From Schmidtea polychroa (taxonomy: Eukaryota): DNA of 64,000 bases. Below the pieces are notes generated by a model. The model did no database searches and was not told the DNA's origin. It was given only the letters and a program-made list of their open reading frames with translations. Below, one piece after another: positions 27,101 through 40,154 of this stretch (positions are counted from its first letter, which is position 1; each line of letters begins with the position of its first letter). Where the stretch lies: NCBI GenBank assembly GCA_044892525.1, contig CM097885.1, forward strand, positions 43,340,001-43,404,000, read 5' to 3'. A program made the translations under genes and the position numbers.

Positions 27101-30100
27101 AAGGCGATAGATTCGTTCCACAAGGAATCTCACAGTGGCATCCAATCATCCTGCAGGATGATTCAAAACGCAGCATGGTGGCCAGGTATAACGAGAGACA
27201 TCGAACAATATGTGAAAAAATGTGAAATATGTTCTACTTTACGCCCCCAGAAACAGAAGACAGTCCACGAGTGGCCAAACGCCACACCCTTTGAAAGACT
27301 TCACATAGATTGGGCGTACTCCCGAGATGTCGGAAACATTTTAATAATCGTTGATTCAGGATCGGGATGGATCGAAGCCTTTAGAACCAAAGAACGCACA
27401 ACTGAAAACGTCATCAAATGCCTACGAACAGTATTCACCAGATTCGGAATACCAGAATGCATAGTATCCGACAACGCTCCTGAGTTTACATCAAAAGAAT
27501 TTTTAGCATGGATTGAGAATCAAGGAGCTCGAAAGATAGAATCTCCGCCTTACTTTCCAATGGCAAATGGGAGGGCAGAGAGAGCTGTCCAGACAATAAA
27601 GAAGGGGATCAAATGTTGGAAGCTAAGCCAGTGTCATATGGAATTTGACGTCTTCCTCCAGAAGATGTTATTTTATCATCGCATCTCAGCAAACTATTAT
27701 GGTAAATCTCCGGCGGAAATGATTTTGGAAGGCAGATTAGAAGACCAATAGTGAGCACATTCGACCAAGGCCAATCAGTCGGATACAAGCCGTCCTCCAA
27801 TCATGAGTTAACAAATCAGCAATATCTTATGCCAAAAGGAAGAAACACGTCGTGGATAATAGACGTCGAGGGAGAGGAGCCTGTCTTACGACTATCAAGC
27901 AATAATCAGATATACTCCCCAGGCACCAAAAAAGCAACAGAAAAAACGTTTACTTCTCAGGAGAACGCCGAGGACAATTCATATCAGCCTTCTCTCTTAA
28001 CGGAGACTATGCCCGACGGCGATAACCGAGTGAGAAGTCAGAGATCAAGAAGACCTCCGAACCTTTACGGCGAATGGACACTAGAGAGAGACATGTAATA
28101 ATATTAAAGAATTAATATTATTATTCTTGTTTTAATTTGTGTTAATAACAATAAAATATAAATTTGAATTTAGTCACTTTCTGAATTGTAACAATTAATA
28201 AAGCTTATCGTGTTCGAGAGTGTTAAATTATGAATTAATAAACACGCTTTGGAGTCAGAGTAAAAGTTTGAATTTACAAACATTGTCAACAACCCAATAA
28301 CCCAACAATTTCACAAACTACGAGAAAGTTGTCTATTCTAAAATACATAAATTTAATCCGTATAAATTCCATCTCATTAGGACTTAGTGCAATAGTGACT
28401 TAAATCATCAACAGATGTTTTGTGAGTGGTTTTTTGAGTACTTACTTATGCACTTATGCGATCATATTTTATTTAAATAGTCATATCAATAAAATATACT
28501 GTCACTGTTATTGCTACAATAATCCTTGTGCGAAAAATTATAATTTCGATATTAGTTTAAAATTATATTATTTAAATAGATATTATTTTTGGTTTTTTAA
28601 ATAAAAGAAACGAATGTTAAAAGTTTTAAATTATACAGTATTTATGATTGATAATTTGTATTGATTGAAATTTGTATTGTCGATATTAAATAATTATTAA
28701 TTGTTTTAAAAAATATTTTTGTAATAATAATAATTGAAAGATTTTTATTACTTTATTTAAAACTTGTACTGAAATAAATTTTGGAATTATAAGTGAAGAG
28801 TCTAAAAATTCTCATTTGATAAAGTTTACTTGCGTTAAAAACGTTTGTTTGTTGAGGGATCTGATAGTTGGTTATGTGAAACATTACAACAAAGTAAAAT
28901 CGTCATACATTAATTTGGTATGAATTAGAGGTTTCCATAGAAAGAAAGGAGAATTCCAATGTTTATTTGTATAGTGTGAGGGTTAGCATTGGCAGCGATT
29001 TCTGAATTGTGTATCTGACTAAATGATAATATTTTTATATTAAATAAATTCAAAAATCATTTTTATATTTCCTAAAATTGTTTTTGAATTTGTTAAAGAT
29101 AATTTAGTTTTAATTACTTTCAGTTTTCCAAAGCAACATCGTTAACGGGCACTGGTAATTATTTCATTTATTTCTTTAATTAATCTAGGAATTTTTATTG
29201 GAAATTTTGTTTATTAGGATTAGTGACTATATCATTTCAGTTTCAAAATGGGGATAGTAAACCTCAAAATAAAAATAGTAAATTTCAAAGTGTAATAGTA
29301 AACTTCAATATGAGAATTGTTAAAATTAAAATGAGAAAATTAAGCCTAATTTTCTACAAATGGTTTAAATAAAACAGCAGAATTGCAATTGTTTATGTGT
29401 TTGTATAGCAGAATTGAATGGCCCAAAATATGTCTGCGAAAATTAAAAAATTAGAAAAAGAATCTAAAAAATGCAAACATGAATGGAGATAACTTGCACG
29501 TACAATTAACATTCCACAATCAACAGCATATCGTTGGATAGCAGATTGTGAAACAATAGGTAAACGAGGAGGGAAAATGTTTAGCAAAATTACAGAAATT
29601 CATTTAGATTATTTTTTAGAAATTCAAGGAAAATTCACTGCGGGTCTTAAATTAGAAAATATGCAATATTAATAAATTGAATTTCAAATTTTTTGTATCA
29701 AAATTAATTGTTTAAGCTCAGAAAAACATTTTTTAAAATTATTTTATAAAGAAAATTATTTGAATTCCTTTGAGTCGTCGAGAAAATGAAGAAATATTTT
29801 CGTAAGATTTTGTTTTTTTCGCAAGAGAGGGAACTAAAAAATTAGTTTTCCATATATGGGGTTACGAATCTTCATATTTTCGATTATAATTGGGTGTTCT
29901 GACTTTAAATTAATTAATAAGCTGAGTAGAAAATAATAATAAAGGAATATTTGATTATGAAAATATCAAAGAATGGCATGTTTTGTTTAGTATTACTTTT
30001 TGAAAATCGGTGTCAATTAGTCCTACTTTGTGGGTATTTATGTAATATAAATACTAAATGAAATCTATCATGAGACATAATATTATAGTTATTATATAAT

Positions 30101-33100
30101 TTTCTAGACGTTCCACCAATTAAAACAGTTTTACCTCTTTCTTGCAAAGAGAACTGTCTGACATTGTGTATCAAAGTCCAATGTACAATTTATGAGTGTT
30201 TTCTCAAATTAATGAATGAAAGTGCTGCGAATATTTGTGATGGGGTTGGAGATAGTTTATTACATTTATCAGCAAAAGTTATGAAACCGAATTTATGCAA
30301 AATTCTATTGGATATGAATGTTCACGTGAATAAATTGAATAAGAAAGGAAATAACGCTCTAACTGAATTAATAAGCTACTTGAATGATCGACCTAAAGTG
30401 GAAATAGTGAGTTCCATTATAATTTCAGGTTGAATTTTCCATAATTTGCTAGAATCAAGAAAACCTATATAAAACAATTGAGATACTTCTAGATTCTGGA
30501 ATAGACGGAACTAAAACATCATCCAATGGATTGAATATATTGCATCTTGCAACTGTGTTCAATGAAGAAAAGTTAGATTATTGTGAAAATGAAATAATTT
30601 ACCATAAATTTCATATTTATTATATCATTCATGTTACTAAAAGAATTTGTAAAATCGGCTAGAATATTACTGTTATATTCGTAATTAAAATATCATTAAT
30701 ATTCTAATGCTAAGTATTTAATTAAATTTTAAGTAATTAACATTTATTTGTAATTCTTATAGAATATACAATTGTCAAGTAGAGAAAATAAAATATCAAT
30801 ATTTTAAAATAAACGATATGTCAATAATTATTTAAATGTCAATTAAATATGTAAATTGTCGATTACTCAAGCAGATATACTAGTTGTCAGTAATTCTTCT
30901 CGAATTCATATCAGGACTAATATTACTATTGTTGAAGATTTTCAGAATGACTCAGAATCGGAAATTGAAGATGTGGCGCTGAAGCAGCTGAAAGCTAAAA
31001 AATGTTCCAGAATTAGGAATTAAGAAAAAAGATTTTCTGAAGGTTAAAGAAACTTTAAAAGAGGGGAAATTTTTTTAGTTATGAATATTCTAACAAAACG
31101 AAGGAAGTTAAAAAGGTCCGTTATGGTTATAATAGAGTTAAGTTTAGGGGCAAGCAATGTATTTTGAGCAGAAGATGAACATAAGTATTATAGACATTTA
31201 ATCAAATCAGTTTTAATCGTTATTTAGACTTTAAACTAAGCCAAAATACATACCAAAAATCTTTAATAAACTTAGTATTACCTAAGTACCAAGTGACGTC
31301 CTATTTAAAAATTAGTTGGTACAAATTAAAAATAAATCTATGGACCACTGAAAATTAGTTTAGTTGAATTTATCAAGTATCATACCAGAGTCAGATGAAC
31401 GAGCTTTTGTTGTATATTATAAAATTAACGTTGACGGGAATCATAGTAAACAGAAAGATGCCGATGGGCAGGAGGATGTTAAATAAACTATTGATGGACC
31501 CATTTTTTTTAAATATTCAATATCAACCATCGAACTATGCCATTCCTAACTTATAAATTATTCATTTAAAAGATTTATAACCCGGAAAACCATTGTAATA
31601 TTAAATATGTTATTGATGATGTTTCTATTGCTTCTATATTACATCTTATTTCAGATAGAGCAAAATCATTCTTTATTCTCAAAATTTTCTAATCTTAATC
31701 ATCGATTATTTTTCATGCTATTGAGATTAGGAAATCCTAATTTTTATAAATACACCTAATTCTGTTTTTACACGAATTAAAAAGATTTTTTTTCTTTTTA
31801 CACGAATTACTTTGTTTTAACACGATTTTCAATATTCTATGAATTTTTTTTTGATGTCCTATAAATTTTTTTTTATTTTCATTTTTCACAAATTATGTAT
31901 ATATACATTTTAACTTCGCATTATATTCCTCAGAATTCAATTAGATTATGTCGATTATATGCGTATGTTTTCTCTTTGGTTGGAATCCCCGAAATATACA
32001 TAAAGTATAAATGTAATGTACTTTGTATACAATTTAGTTTGGTTTTAAGAATTGAAAAGAAAAGACGTTTAGTTGTTGTGAATGTTAAACAAGTTATAAG
32101 TAAAATAAGGTGCTCGTATAGATTTATTAACCCAATAACAGGTAAGTTTTTTTATATTAATGAATTTCTGATATTGTTTTCTTTTTTCCAAATCATAATT
32201 TATTTTTTATATAATATATTTAATGAATTAAAATGTGTAAGCAAGAAAAATAAATTGTTTTGTGAACTCTAACAGGGATTTTTTTATATTTATTATTATA
32301 CTTTTGTTGCTTTTTTAGGTATGGAATCAATCTACTATTTTTCCATTCAGCCAATATCTTTTTTACACGATTTTTTTAGGAACGTATCTATCATGTAAAA
32401 ACAGAATTAGGTGTAATTGTAGAACAGTGTTGCCCAAACTGTGCCGTGGCGGGTCAAAAAAACCCTGTTTTTCCAAACAACTTAATAAAAGGAAATTGAA
32501 TTGTGGATATTTTAACAGTTATTTCAAATTTAAATGTTAATCATTCAATTAAGTGCGAAATTTATTTGTTTACAATCATATTTATATTTCTTGACTATCT
32601 AAAATACGTAAGCAGCTTAATTATGTTTATTTAGATTCATTCACTAATTTTTCTAAATTTAAAATTTTTTACATTAAATTTATTTCAAGTAAATAAGTTT
32701 TTCATTTCTTATTAAAAGATTAGTAAAAGTGCAATGAAAAATTGCAAATAAAGCAAAAAAAAAATTTTGGTGTTCCGTGAAAATTTTTAAATCAGCCAAG
32801 TGTGCCGTGGCTCAAAAAAGTTTGGACAACACTGTTGTAGAACATTACAAAAAATATATATTTAGTACCTTTAAAGTTCGGATATTGGTTTCTTATTTAA
32901 TTCTGAAAAGTATTTGGTATCCTTTCCTAAACGGTATAGTAAACAAAAGCATTTTTAGAAACATTTGTTCCAACAATGATTTCGATAAATATGTTAGACC
33001 ATAAATTTATTGCGCTTTAGACCAGCTTAAGTTAATGAAAACATTCTAACAAAAACTTGGGATTTATTTTTAAGATTTTATGCACACCCATTGAAGAACT

Positions 33101-33860
33101 CTGGAGTATCCGTTTTTAACCTTATGTTATCTATTTTCCAGATTTATTATCGATATCTTGAAAAATGTTCCACGATTCAATTTGGTATCAAAAGAGGATG
33201 TCCAAATCGCTCTTACCAAGCAGTGGTTCGATTACACTGAATTACTGTACCCCATGATATCGAAAGAAAATCGCTCTTCTTATAGTTTAAAAGAATATAT
33301 CTTTATATGTCTGTCTAATAACCGCTCGAAATTAACTAAGCTATTGTTTAACAATGCATCGAAAAAGTTAAAGCAATCATTGATTGAAGAAATCTTATTT
33401 CAAGCTGCTATAAATAATAATCTTGTAAACACTGATGGCAACTTTCCCATCCATTTGGCAATAGAAACCGATCAATGGGATATTGTCAGGGAATTAGCGA
33501 CAAGTACTGACAAATTAAACACTGAAAATAGCCAAAACAAAACTCCTATTGTTTTATTGTTCCAGAAATTATCGGAATCAAAAGATGTATGTTTGAAATT
33601 GTGTTGGAATTTGTTTAATTTAGTGTGTGTGCAAATAGGATGCCATTATTTCAGAGCTGAAACTACTTATAAACTTATTAATCCAATCAGGTGGCGACAT
33701 TGATTTAGTTTTATCCAATGGGAGACGTGTTTTTGAAGAATGTGGAGATTGTGAATTCCGATCTGAAATCGAGAAATTCTCAAATGTTGGCGCTGAAAAT
33801 CCTTCACAAAATCAAGATCAAGATCATCGCACCTTTATTGGTGATTTGGAATCACAATAA
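7608..33860 (+). CDS. multi-exon ankyrin-repeat protein
   Basis: Exons: 7608-7618, 7667-7766, 7813-7911, 7956-8054, 8108-8206, 14008-14106, 14152-14253 (GC donor), 15969-16058, 16097-16180, 16227-16313, 16365-16433, 19989-20087, 20140-20241, 20291-20389, 20445-20543, 20594-20692, (possible unresolved exons ~28800-28980), 29124-29154, 30108-30405, 30453-30571, 33142-33586, 33639-33860. Many are 99-bp phase-0 exons each encoding one ANK repeat (RPIHFVSKDGHLELAKLLIE, KPIHYACERGFVEIVKLLIE, GNTPLNIAHKQGHVECMEYL, GNFPIHLAIE). Confidence 0.88.
8590..9281 (-). repeat. ~700-bp inverted copy of 17663-18350 (distal part of the degenerate hAT), containing an (AAT)n tract
   Basis: Long near-identical reverse-complement match, e.g. 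CAATCATACTACAGTCCTCGCAAAAAATTCC vs GGAATTTTTTGCGAGGACTGTAGTATGATTG. Confidence 0.85.
9585..9878 (+). pseudogene. IS630/Tc1-mariner transposase N-terminal HTH fragment
   Basis: ELGRIIGIKRNTITSIIMKYRKTG...RGGNRPTIIT...YVERNYYSTLNQM...VEISTKSI; no DDE domain follows. Confidence 0.7.
10195..11590 (+). pseudogene. pogo/Tigger (CENP-B-like DDE_1) transposase remnant with an insertion at ~10406-10657 and a 3' terminus
   Basis: KKLPVI*RSNNKA*MTKNIFEDW, KALLILDN, YLP[insert]..TALIQPMDQGAIATFKAYY, FWKNYNIK; stop codons; Tigger-like end GGAACGTAA. Partial inverted copy at ~11895-12008. Confidence 0.8.
12030..12586 (+). pseudogene. degraded non-LTR retrotransposon APE-endonuclease fragment
   Basis: MICFDLNSNLL (~ICGDFN), IIDNI and VSDYIVL (~SDH) in the expected order, with an in-frame stop. 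Confidence 0.45.
12855..13588 (+). mobile_element. 5'-truncated Penelope-like element: GIY-YIG C-terminus flanked by inverted pseudo-LTR copies
   Basis: RAREH...HISEH...FKIL...EALLIKSLNPKIN (13114-13332); 12855-13093 is the reverse complement of ~13356-13588. Confidence 0.8.
13523..13563 (+). ncRNA. minimal hammerhead-ribozyme-like motif of the Penelope pLTR (degenerate; second copy on - strand at 12880-12920)
   Basis: CTGATGA-T-GACAG-GAAAA-CTG(T/C)C-GAAA-TATATC; each copy has a different damaging substitution; stem I is weak. Confidence 0.55.
15079..15587. mobile_element. non-autonomous piggyBac (509 bp)
   Basis: TTAA|CCCTTTGA ... TCAAAGGG|TTAA. Confidence 0.85.
16594..18350 (+). mobile_element. 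degenerate hAT (ZBED-like) transposon
   Basis: TAGGGCTG start; BED-finger-like CIHCHKSF...H..KH; remnant of the dimerisation-domain start (DDPLQQ*KLIEHQNPKLEFFAR); many stops. Confidence 0.55.
18019..18133. repeat. (ATT)n/(AAT)n microsatellite
   Basis: Direct reading. Confidence 0.95.
19595..19847. mobile_element. non-autonomous piggyBac-like MITE (253 bp)
   Basis: TTAA|CACGTTGACGGACA ... TGTCCGTCAATGTG|TTAA. Confidence 0.85.
20873..23198 (+). mobile_element. hAT transposon with frameshifted BED-hAT transposase (~21454-23090)
   Basis: Imperfect TIRs TA(A/G)TGATTTCA with subterminal ATACCGGGATCCCGG/AATACCG repeats. Motifs: C..C..GGSTSGLHTHLKTKH, FDEYTS, TTDGAAVM, CLAHGIQL, DSKTRWNS, PTNVDSERAFS. 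TSD degenerate. Confidence 0.85.
24077..24298. mobile_element. non-autonomous piggyBac MITE (222 bp)
   Basis: TTAA|CCCTTTAACCAC ... GTGGTTAAAGGG|TTAA. Confidence 0.9.
24345..28193 (+). mobile_element. Ty3/Gypsy LTR retrotransposon, Mag-like, 3849 bp
   Basis: Identical 100-bp LTRs (24345-24444, 28094-28193, TG...CA); 5-bp TSD ATTAA; PBS TGGCGTCGTGAGCAGGATT (24446-24464, tRNA-Ser-like); PPT AGAGAGAG. Confidence 0.97.
24508..28098 (+). pseudogene. gag-pol polyprotein (frameshifts; deletion in RNase H)
   Basis: Double zinc knuckle CKFCGSDH..CPAFGKKCLNCSKPNHFAIVC, protease DTGA, RT YQDD, RNase H TTDAS then a deletion near 26620, integrase H..H..C..C and DWA/SDNA/AER. Confidence 0.93.
29418..29640 (+). 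pseudogene. IS630/Tc1-like transposase HTH remnant
   Basis: WR*LARTINIPQSTAYRWI...KRGGKMFSKITEIH. Confidence 0.55.
31753..32413. mobile_element. Tc1/mariner-type MITE (661 bp)
   Basis: 23-bp TIR CACCTAATTCTGTTTTTACA(C/T)GA; TA TSD on both sides. Confidence 0.9.
32425..32834. mobile_element. Buster/Charlie-type hAT MITE (410 bp)
   Basis: CAGTGTTGCCCAAACT / AGTTTGGACAACACTG TIRs; 8-bp TSD TTGTAGAA with central TA. Confidence 0.92.
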
Positions 33861-34088
33861 TAAATGTTTATGAATCGATTATTTGCTTTTTTTATTTTTT
33901 TAAGAAACTCGATAGTTTAAACATAACTATGCATCGTTATCTGTGTTATTTATTTATTCAGCTCAATCGTTAGTTTGTTTTATTGTGGTGATTCAATAAA
34001 TTCCATTTTTTATGATTGGCGAGAGAATCAGTTATGAAATTAAATGTTATTATTGATTTTAGTACATCAATTTCGCTTTATATTTATG

Positions 34089-35026
<938 letters not shown>

Positions 35027-35136
35027 TATATAGTGGCGCCTCGAGTTCGATTAACGCCTTTGGCATAGAAGTAGTGGAGCTCCCATTTTGTACCTTTATA
35101 TTCTCATTCTCTTTTTGTGCCCCTAATTCTTATGCG

Positions 35137-35280
<144 letters not shown>

Positions 35281-36854
35281 AAAGACGCATAGTTTTAAAA
35301 TATACAAAATAAATTCAATATAGCTCTACAGTTTCTTCTTTCTGCCATAATTGATTATTAAAATTCGAATAAATAAAAGCTGCATGTTGTGATATTCGTG
35401 TAAAAATAAATTTGTAAAACATTTTCGTTCGTTTAGTATTGAGGCCTCTGAAATTTACTCTGAAAAACTGTAAGCTTACAGGTGAGATTTTGGCGAACAT
35501 GCTGATTTTTACATCAGTATATAATATATATAGTAAAATTAATCTATTCTTGTGTAAGTAATTTAATATTGTAGTTATAATATAAATATCTATGTTAATT
35601 TTTCATTATTTCTTATAGAATTATTGTTTATATTATAATAATTGTACTTTCCAATTGAAATAAAGTTGGTGATAATAATATTAATAAAAGTAATAATTAT
35701 AATATTCGCTAATGTGTATTGAAAGTTATTTTGTTTCTATTCTTTAAATAATCAACTTCTTAAAGTTATACTGTTATAAAATTATAAAGCCAAATGAAGA
35801 AGTTTGGCAAAGACTATTAAAAACTTATGTTTTTTTCTAGCGCGATAATACAATACTGAAGAAAAGCTGAAAATAAAAAATTATGTAAAAATTTGAGATA
35901 ATAAGAAAAAATGAAAATTAAAACAAAACAAAATAATGAAAAATAGGCTGAAAATGTAAATGAAACAGCGAAAACAAAAATAAGATGTTTTTAAAAAAAA
36001 TCGAGAAAATCAGATGAAAAAGAAATGAAAAGAAGACCTATGTTGGCGCTTAGGAGATGTGTCATCTAAATGTTCTAGGGTTACTTATAGCTCTTGCATC
36101 AGTCCTTCCCTAAACGACTTCATGATTATTTTACTTTTTACTATCTGTGTACCCATGGAACAAAAATTTTGCTAATGTACACAGCAAAGACCTTTCCTTA
36201 TTTCTAATTCTGACCTATGTGGAATCTAATTGCTAACTCCCCGAAACAAGTAGAGAGATGTGAGCTCCCTGCTGGATTTTGGTACCCCCCTTACTACTCA
36301 ATAATTAATCAGAAGTTAACAAATATTTTCATTAATTATTTCCTTTTATTTCATTATTTTTATTTAATTAATCAATTATTATAATTTTATTTCTTTATTA
36401 ATTTTTTTTATTTTGTTATTTAATTTATTTTAGTTTAAATTTAAATAATTAATTCTTATCTGTTATTCTTAATACCATTTTTACTAATTTACGCAAACTG
36501 AGACAAAAATGTTCAAAATATAAATATATATTTGGTGGGTTACAGGTACTGCAAAATCTCTACCTCCTCATGCTGTTTCCAGCGTAACCCAGAATACAAT
36601 TTATAGCTGACCACTTGATACCCGTTGAGCAATCAACGTTGGTACTGTATCAAGGGTTTGGGTACTAGCAAAAAGTGAGCATGTTTAACATACTATAATT
36701 GTCTAGCACCCACTGGGATTCACGGACTGCCGATAGAAGGCCTATGTCCGGTTTCTTTTCGTCCCCGTTGCGACAATTAACGTTATGACCAAAAATCAAA
36801 ATGCCCAGATGTGGATGTACCAGTAAAGATTTATTCGGAAAACATGATCAGAAC

Positions 36855-37316
36855 TTATAGTGTCCTAGTCGATTCTTTCGGAGTAGACTCTGACCCAGCA
36901 GAATGAAGCGTTAATTGGGCCTGGCTGGCTTGTCTTATTCTCGCCCGCGCCGCTTTACCCGGCCGGATCTTCTTCCTCGGAATTATTGGTGGGGTGCACT
37001 CCTTCGGTTTGTGGAGCAGCTCACTCATGGGTCGGATCTTGGAAATGACCTCTCGATCAAGGTCCTGTTGGTGTACCTTGATCTCCAGCTCCTTCACTCT
37101 CAGGCGGAGGGCCCGTAACTCAACCTGATCCTGTGCACTCTGGAGTTGCAGTTGAGTGATCAGCTTCATCCGTTTTTTCATTTCTGCTGGTGGGAACCAG
37201 GTACATTCGAAATTCCGGCAATGGGCCTTGACTCGTGCTAGCTTGGCCCGGTACTCCTCTGCCTGTTGTTGCGCCCGCTCTCTATCTGCTCGCATCTCTT
37301 CCAGGAGTTTTAGCAC
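36855..37316 (-). CDS. coiled-coil-like protein exon of element B, related to the element A ORF
   Basis: GC-rich open frame preceded by GCTTTAG acceptor; KLARVKAHCRNFECTWF motif; basic C-terminus RKKIRPGKAARARIR. Confidence 0.6.
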   Translation of the reverse strand: MLKLLEEMRADRERAQQQAEEYRAKLARVKAHCRNFECTWFPPAEMKKRMKLITQLQLQSAQDQVELRALRLRVKELEIKVHQQDLDREVISKIRPMSELLHKPKECTPPIIPRKKIRPGKAARARIRQASQAQLTLHSAGSESTPKESTRTL

Positions 37317-37751
37317 TAAAGCAAGACAACATTAGTAATTTTCACGTCAGCATCGAGTGTCGAGCATTATTATGAGTATCAATACTAAATGAATGTAATC
37401 TCCTCGTCACAGTCCTCCTCTACGCGCACCTAAACCGAGTTCTATGAATCTTACCAAACCTTATGGGGCTGTCAACGTTAAGGAAAATTATAGTCAATAG
37501 TAATAATAGTCAACGCTATAGAACATTATCAAAATCAAGCAATACACGCAATTAAATTAATATTGAAGACCAAAACAAAAACAAACAATTAAATTAATAT
37601 GAACTACCAAGACATAACGAGTAATATTTTACCCCTGGACCAAAGACGTCCATCCCATTACATAATATCACACTGTACATTTAATAACAGAGTCATTGCA
37701 TGATAATTAGTTTTCTATCACAAGTCGTAGTCTTTGGTCACAACGCAGACG

Positions 37752-38252
37752 TTAGGCGTGTCGCACAATGCTGGCTTTCGGTCCAGTAATCTCCTTGGCT
37801 GAGTCGGCGGTTCTTCGTGGGCGTCCGCGTTTTCTTGGCTGGTCCGGTCCTCGTCGAGGACTTCTCTGGCATTCCAGCCCACGGCGAAGAGCTACGGTCC
37901 GCTTTGGATGGCATTGGGCTCGAGCGTAACCGTCGATGTCCTCCAGCTCGCCGGCCAGGGTTGCTACTTCGAGCCGGTGCAACCGGTCCACCGCCTCCTT
38001 CGCATCGTCGAATGCGTCGCTTAAAGCCAATGAGGTATAATTGATGTATGGTTCCACCTTCGGGATTACTGGGACTACGTTCTGGTAGGTCCAATCATGG
38101 ATCTTATACCAGATCCACCTGGACCTCAGGCGAGTGAGTTCTTCCTCCTGGTCCAGTCTGGTAACTTCGTCTGCCTCCTCTTGAGTTAGGTTGAGTCTTG
38201 ATGCAGATGCCAAGGGATTCGCGTGGCTGTCTTCTGGTCCAATATTAGGCAT
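37752..38252 (-). CDS. hypothetical 166-aa protein of element B (acidic helical N-terminus, Arg-rich C-terminus)
   Basis: GC-rich ORF; ATG directly after acceptor TCACAG|GAATG. Confidence 0.55.
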   Translation of the reverse strand: MPNIGPEDSHANPLASASRLNLTQEEADEVTRLDQEEELTRLRSRWIWYKIHDWTYQNVVPVIPKVEPYINYTSLALSDAFDDAKEAVDRLHRLEVATLAGELEDIDGYARAQCHPKRTVALRRGLECQRSPRRGPDQPRKRGRPRRTADSAKEITGPKASIVRHA

Positions 38253-40154
38253 TCCTGTGATATTAAGACAAATATTAGTAAAATTTCTGTTCGCTCATCT
38301 ACGTCTGATTACCCCAAGACGTTTAATACACAATTACATTTAAGTTCAAACGTGACACGCATTTCAACCAAGGGACGTAATTTTTGTAGTGAAAGTGGAT
38401 TTAAATTGCTAATTAATTTCCCTACTTGATTTTTCGATTTAACTTAAATTAGTTTGAGAATTACGAAATTCAAGATTTATAAATTACCAATTATGAAATT
38501 AAGGTTCGTGTATTAAAATTAAAGATTAATAACTCTGGGTTTACTGAATTAATAGTTAGTACAGTAAAAATGGATAAATTAACATTTTATAAATTAAATT
38601 TTAAAATCGCTCATGCCGATGCCTATTGTTTAAATCATTCAAAAGTTTGATTTATTAATTTAATATACCGACAATATGTTTAAAAAACTATGTATCAATA
38701 TAGTTAACAGAATTTATGCTGCTAGGACCCACTATGAAAAACGGGCATTGTTAATTGTCTGAATTTATTTCGGCTCTTCACAATCCCTGACCATAGTGTT
38801 TGTAAGTGGCCCGATCATCTATTGAGATTTGATGGGTAAGTTAAATTTTGATTCTTTTTAATTCTTTTAGTTTCAGAAATGGGTCTCCAAACCCTCCGTT
38901 TTGGACATGACATCTCAGTCGGATAACGTATTCGAGATATTGCTGCTTGGCGGTAATCCAAAATATGCCGACTCACTCAATTCGTGGGGTATTTAGATGG
39001 AAATTCATTTCAAATTTTGGATATATGCCGTGGGAATTTAAGGCAACAATTTGAACTCGAGGAACTTCAGAGTAGCCCTCTTTCATTCATCCTTCCATAT
39101 CATCGGTAAGACTTTTCAGTGGCTAAGATGATTTCCTAAATAAATTTTTTGATTTTGTTGAATAAAATTTTTCGCTCTTGTTGAATTTAATTAAATAATT
39201 TGTTTAGCGTAAGGTAATAGTTATCAAGCAATTTTGTTAGCTTTTCATTGGAATTAAAGTAATTAGCGATTATAACTGTTATTATTCCTGGCCTATGATT
39301 GTACTGGGTATTTATCCTAACTTAAGCAGTCGCTCTCGGGGAAAAGGTCCCTTGTCCTTTCTGGCATGCACGGGATCTACTTCTGGGGTAACAAGGTTAA
39401 ATCTGCCAGGGTGTCATGGGTTTCACATGAAGATTGGAGTTCCTGCTATCTTGGTCGATGTTGATTGGCTCGTTCACGAGAGCGTATGCATCGTCGATTC
39501 GGTCAACCAGGGGAGTTCGATGAGGACACCCTTTAGTTTGTAGGATTGTTTCTATTAATAGAAGCGGTTCTATTGGCTGAATTTTACTATATGGAAAAGA
39601 AAATCGATAATGTTGGTTTTGAACTATTCTATTAATAGTAACATTTGGGTAAAATCGATAAATTGGTTTGGGTAAAGTACATAGTGAATTAGGGTTTAAG
39701 ATGGAGTGTCCTATCGTATTATATAGGTATGGATGGCGAAAGGGGAAATTAATCGCGTCTTAGTAGTAGAATATAAGTCCATTTTATTCGATTAATTTTA
39801 ACATATTCGTGTTATTCTTAAATTCTAGTTCTATCGAATAAATTGGCTGATATTAATTGTTCATAATAAGACGTAACCATTATTAAACAACGACATCGCC
39901 ATCAGCGTAAGTTTGGGAAAGCTTTAAGATTAATATCTACATACAGGTCGGGGGGGGGGTCTAAAAAGAAATTTGTTCAATTTAATTTTTTAAAGGAAAT
40001 ATAAACGAATTTGTAAGTTAACTTGCTCTCTGGGGTAGTCATTAACGACTATATGATTCAAAGGGGCAGTTATAAAAGATTTTCACAAAGATAATATAAT
40101 CAAAATATATACATCATCATCATAATTGTAGGGGAAATACGGTTGAGCTTTAAA

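Larger units (their letters stand above)
23292..28307 (+). mobile_element. solo LTR (~0.94 kb native) interrupted by a piggyBac MITE and a Gypsy element
   Basis: TGTTGAG ... CCCAACA termini; 4-bp TSD ATTT (23288-23291, 28308-28311); purine-rich U3-like part; TATA-like ATATAAAG at ~23915. Confidence 0.7.
35830..39900 (-). mobile_element. multi-kb LTR-like element B, related to element A (termini approximate)
   Basis: - strand TATA (CTATATAA ~39720), splice acceptors before two ORFs, CGATAGAAGG motif at 36731 downstream of the ORF as in A, + strand A-rich distal tract. Confidence 0.5.

Noticed and set aside
35030..35070. GAGTTCGA B-box-like motif suggesting a tRNA or SINE
   Set aside because: No cloverleaf or A-box could be built.
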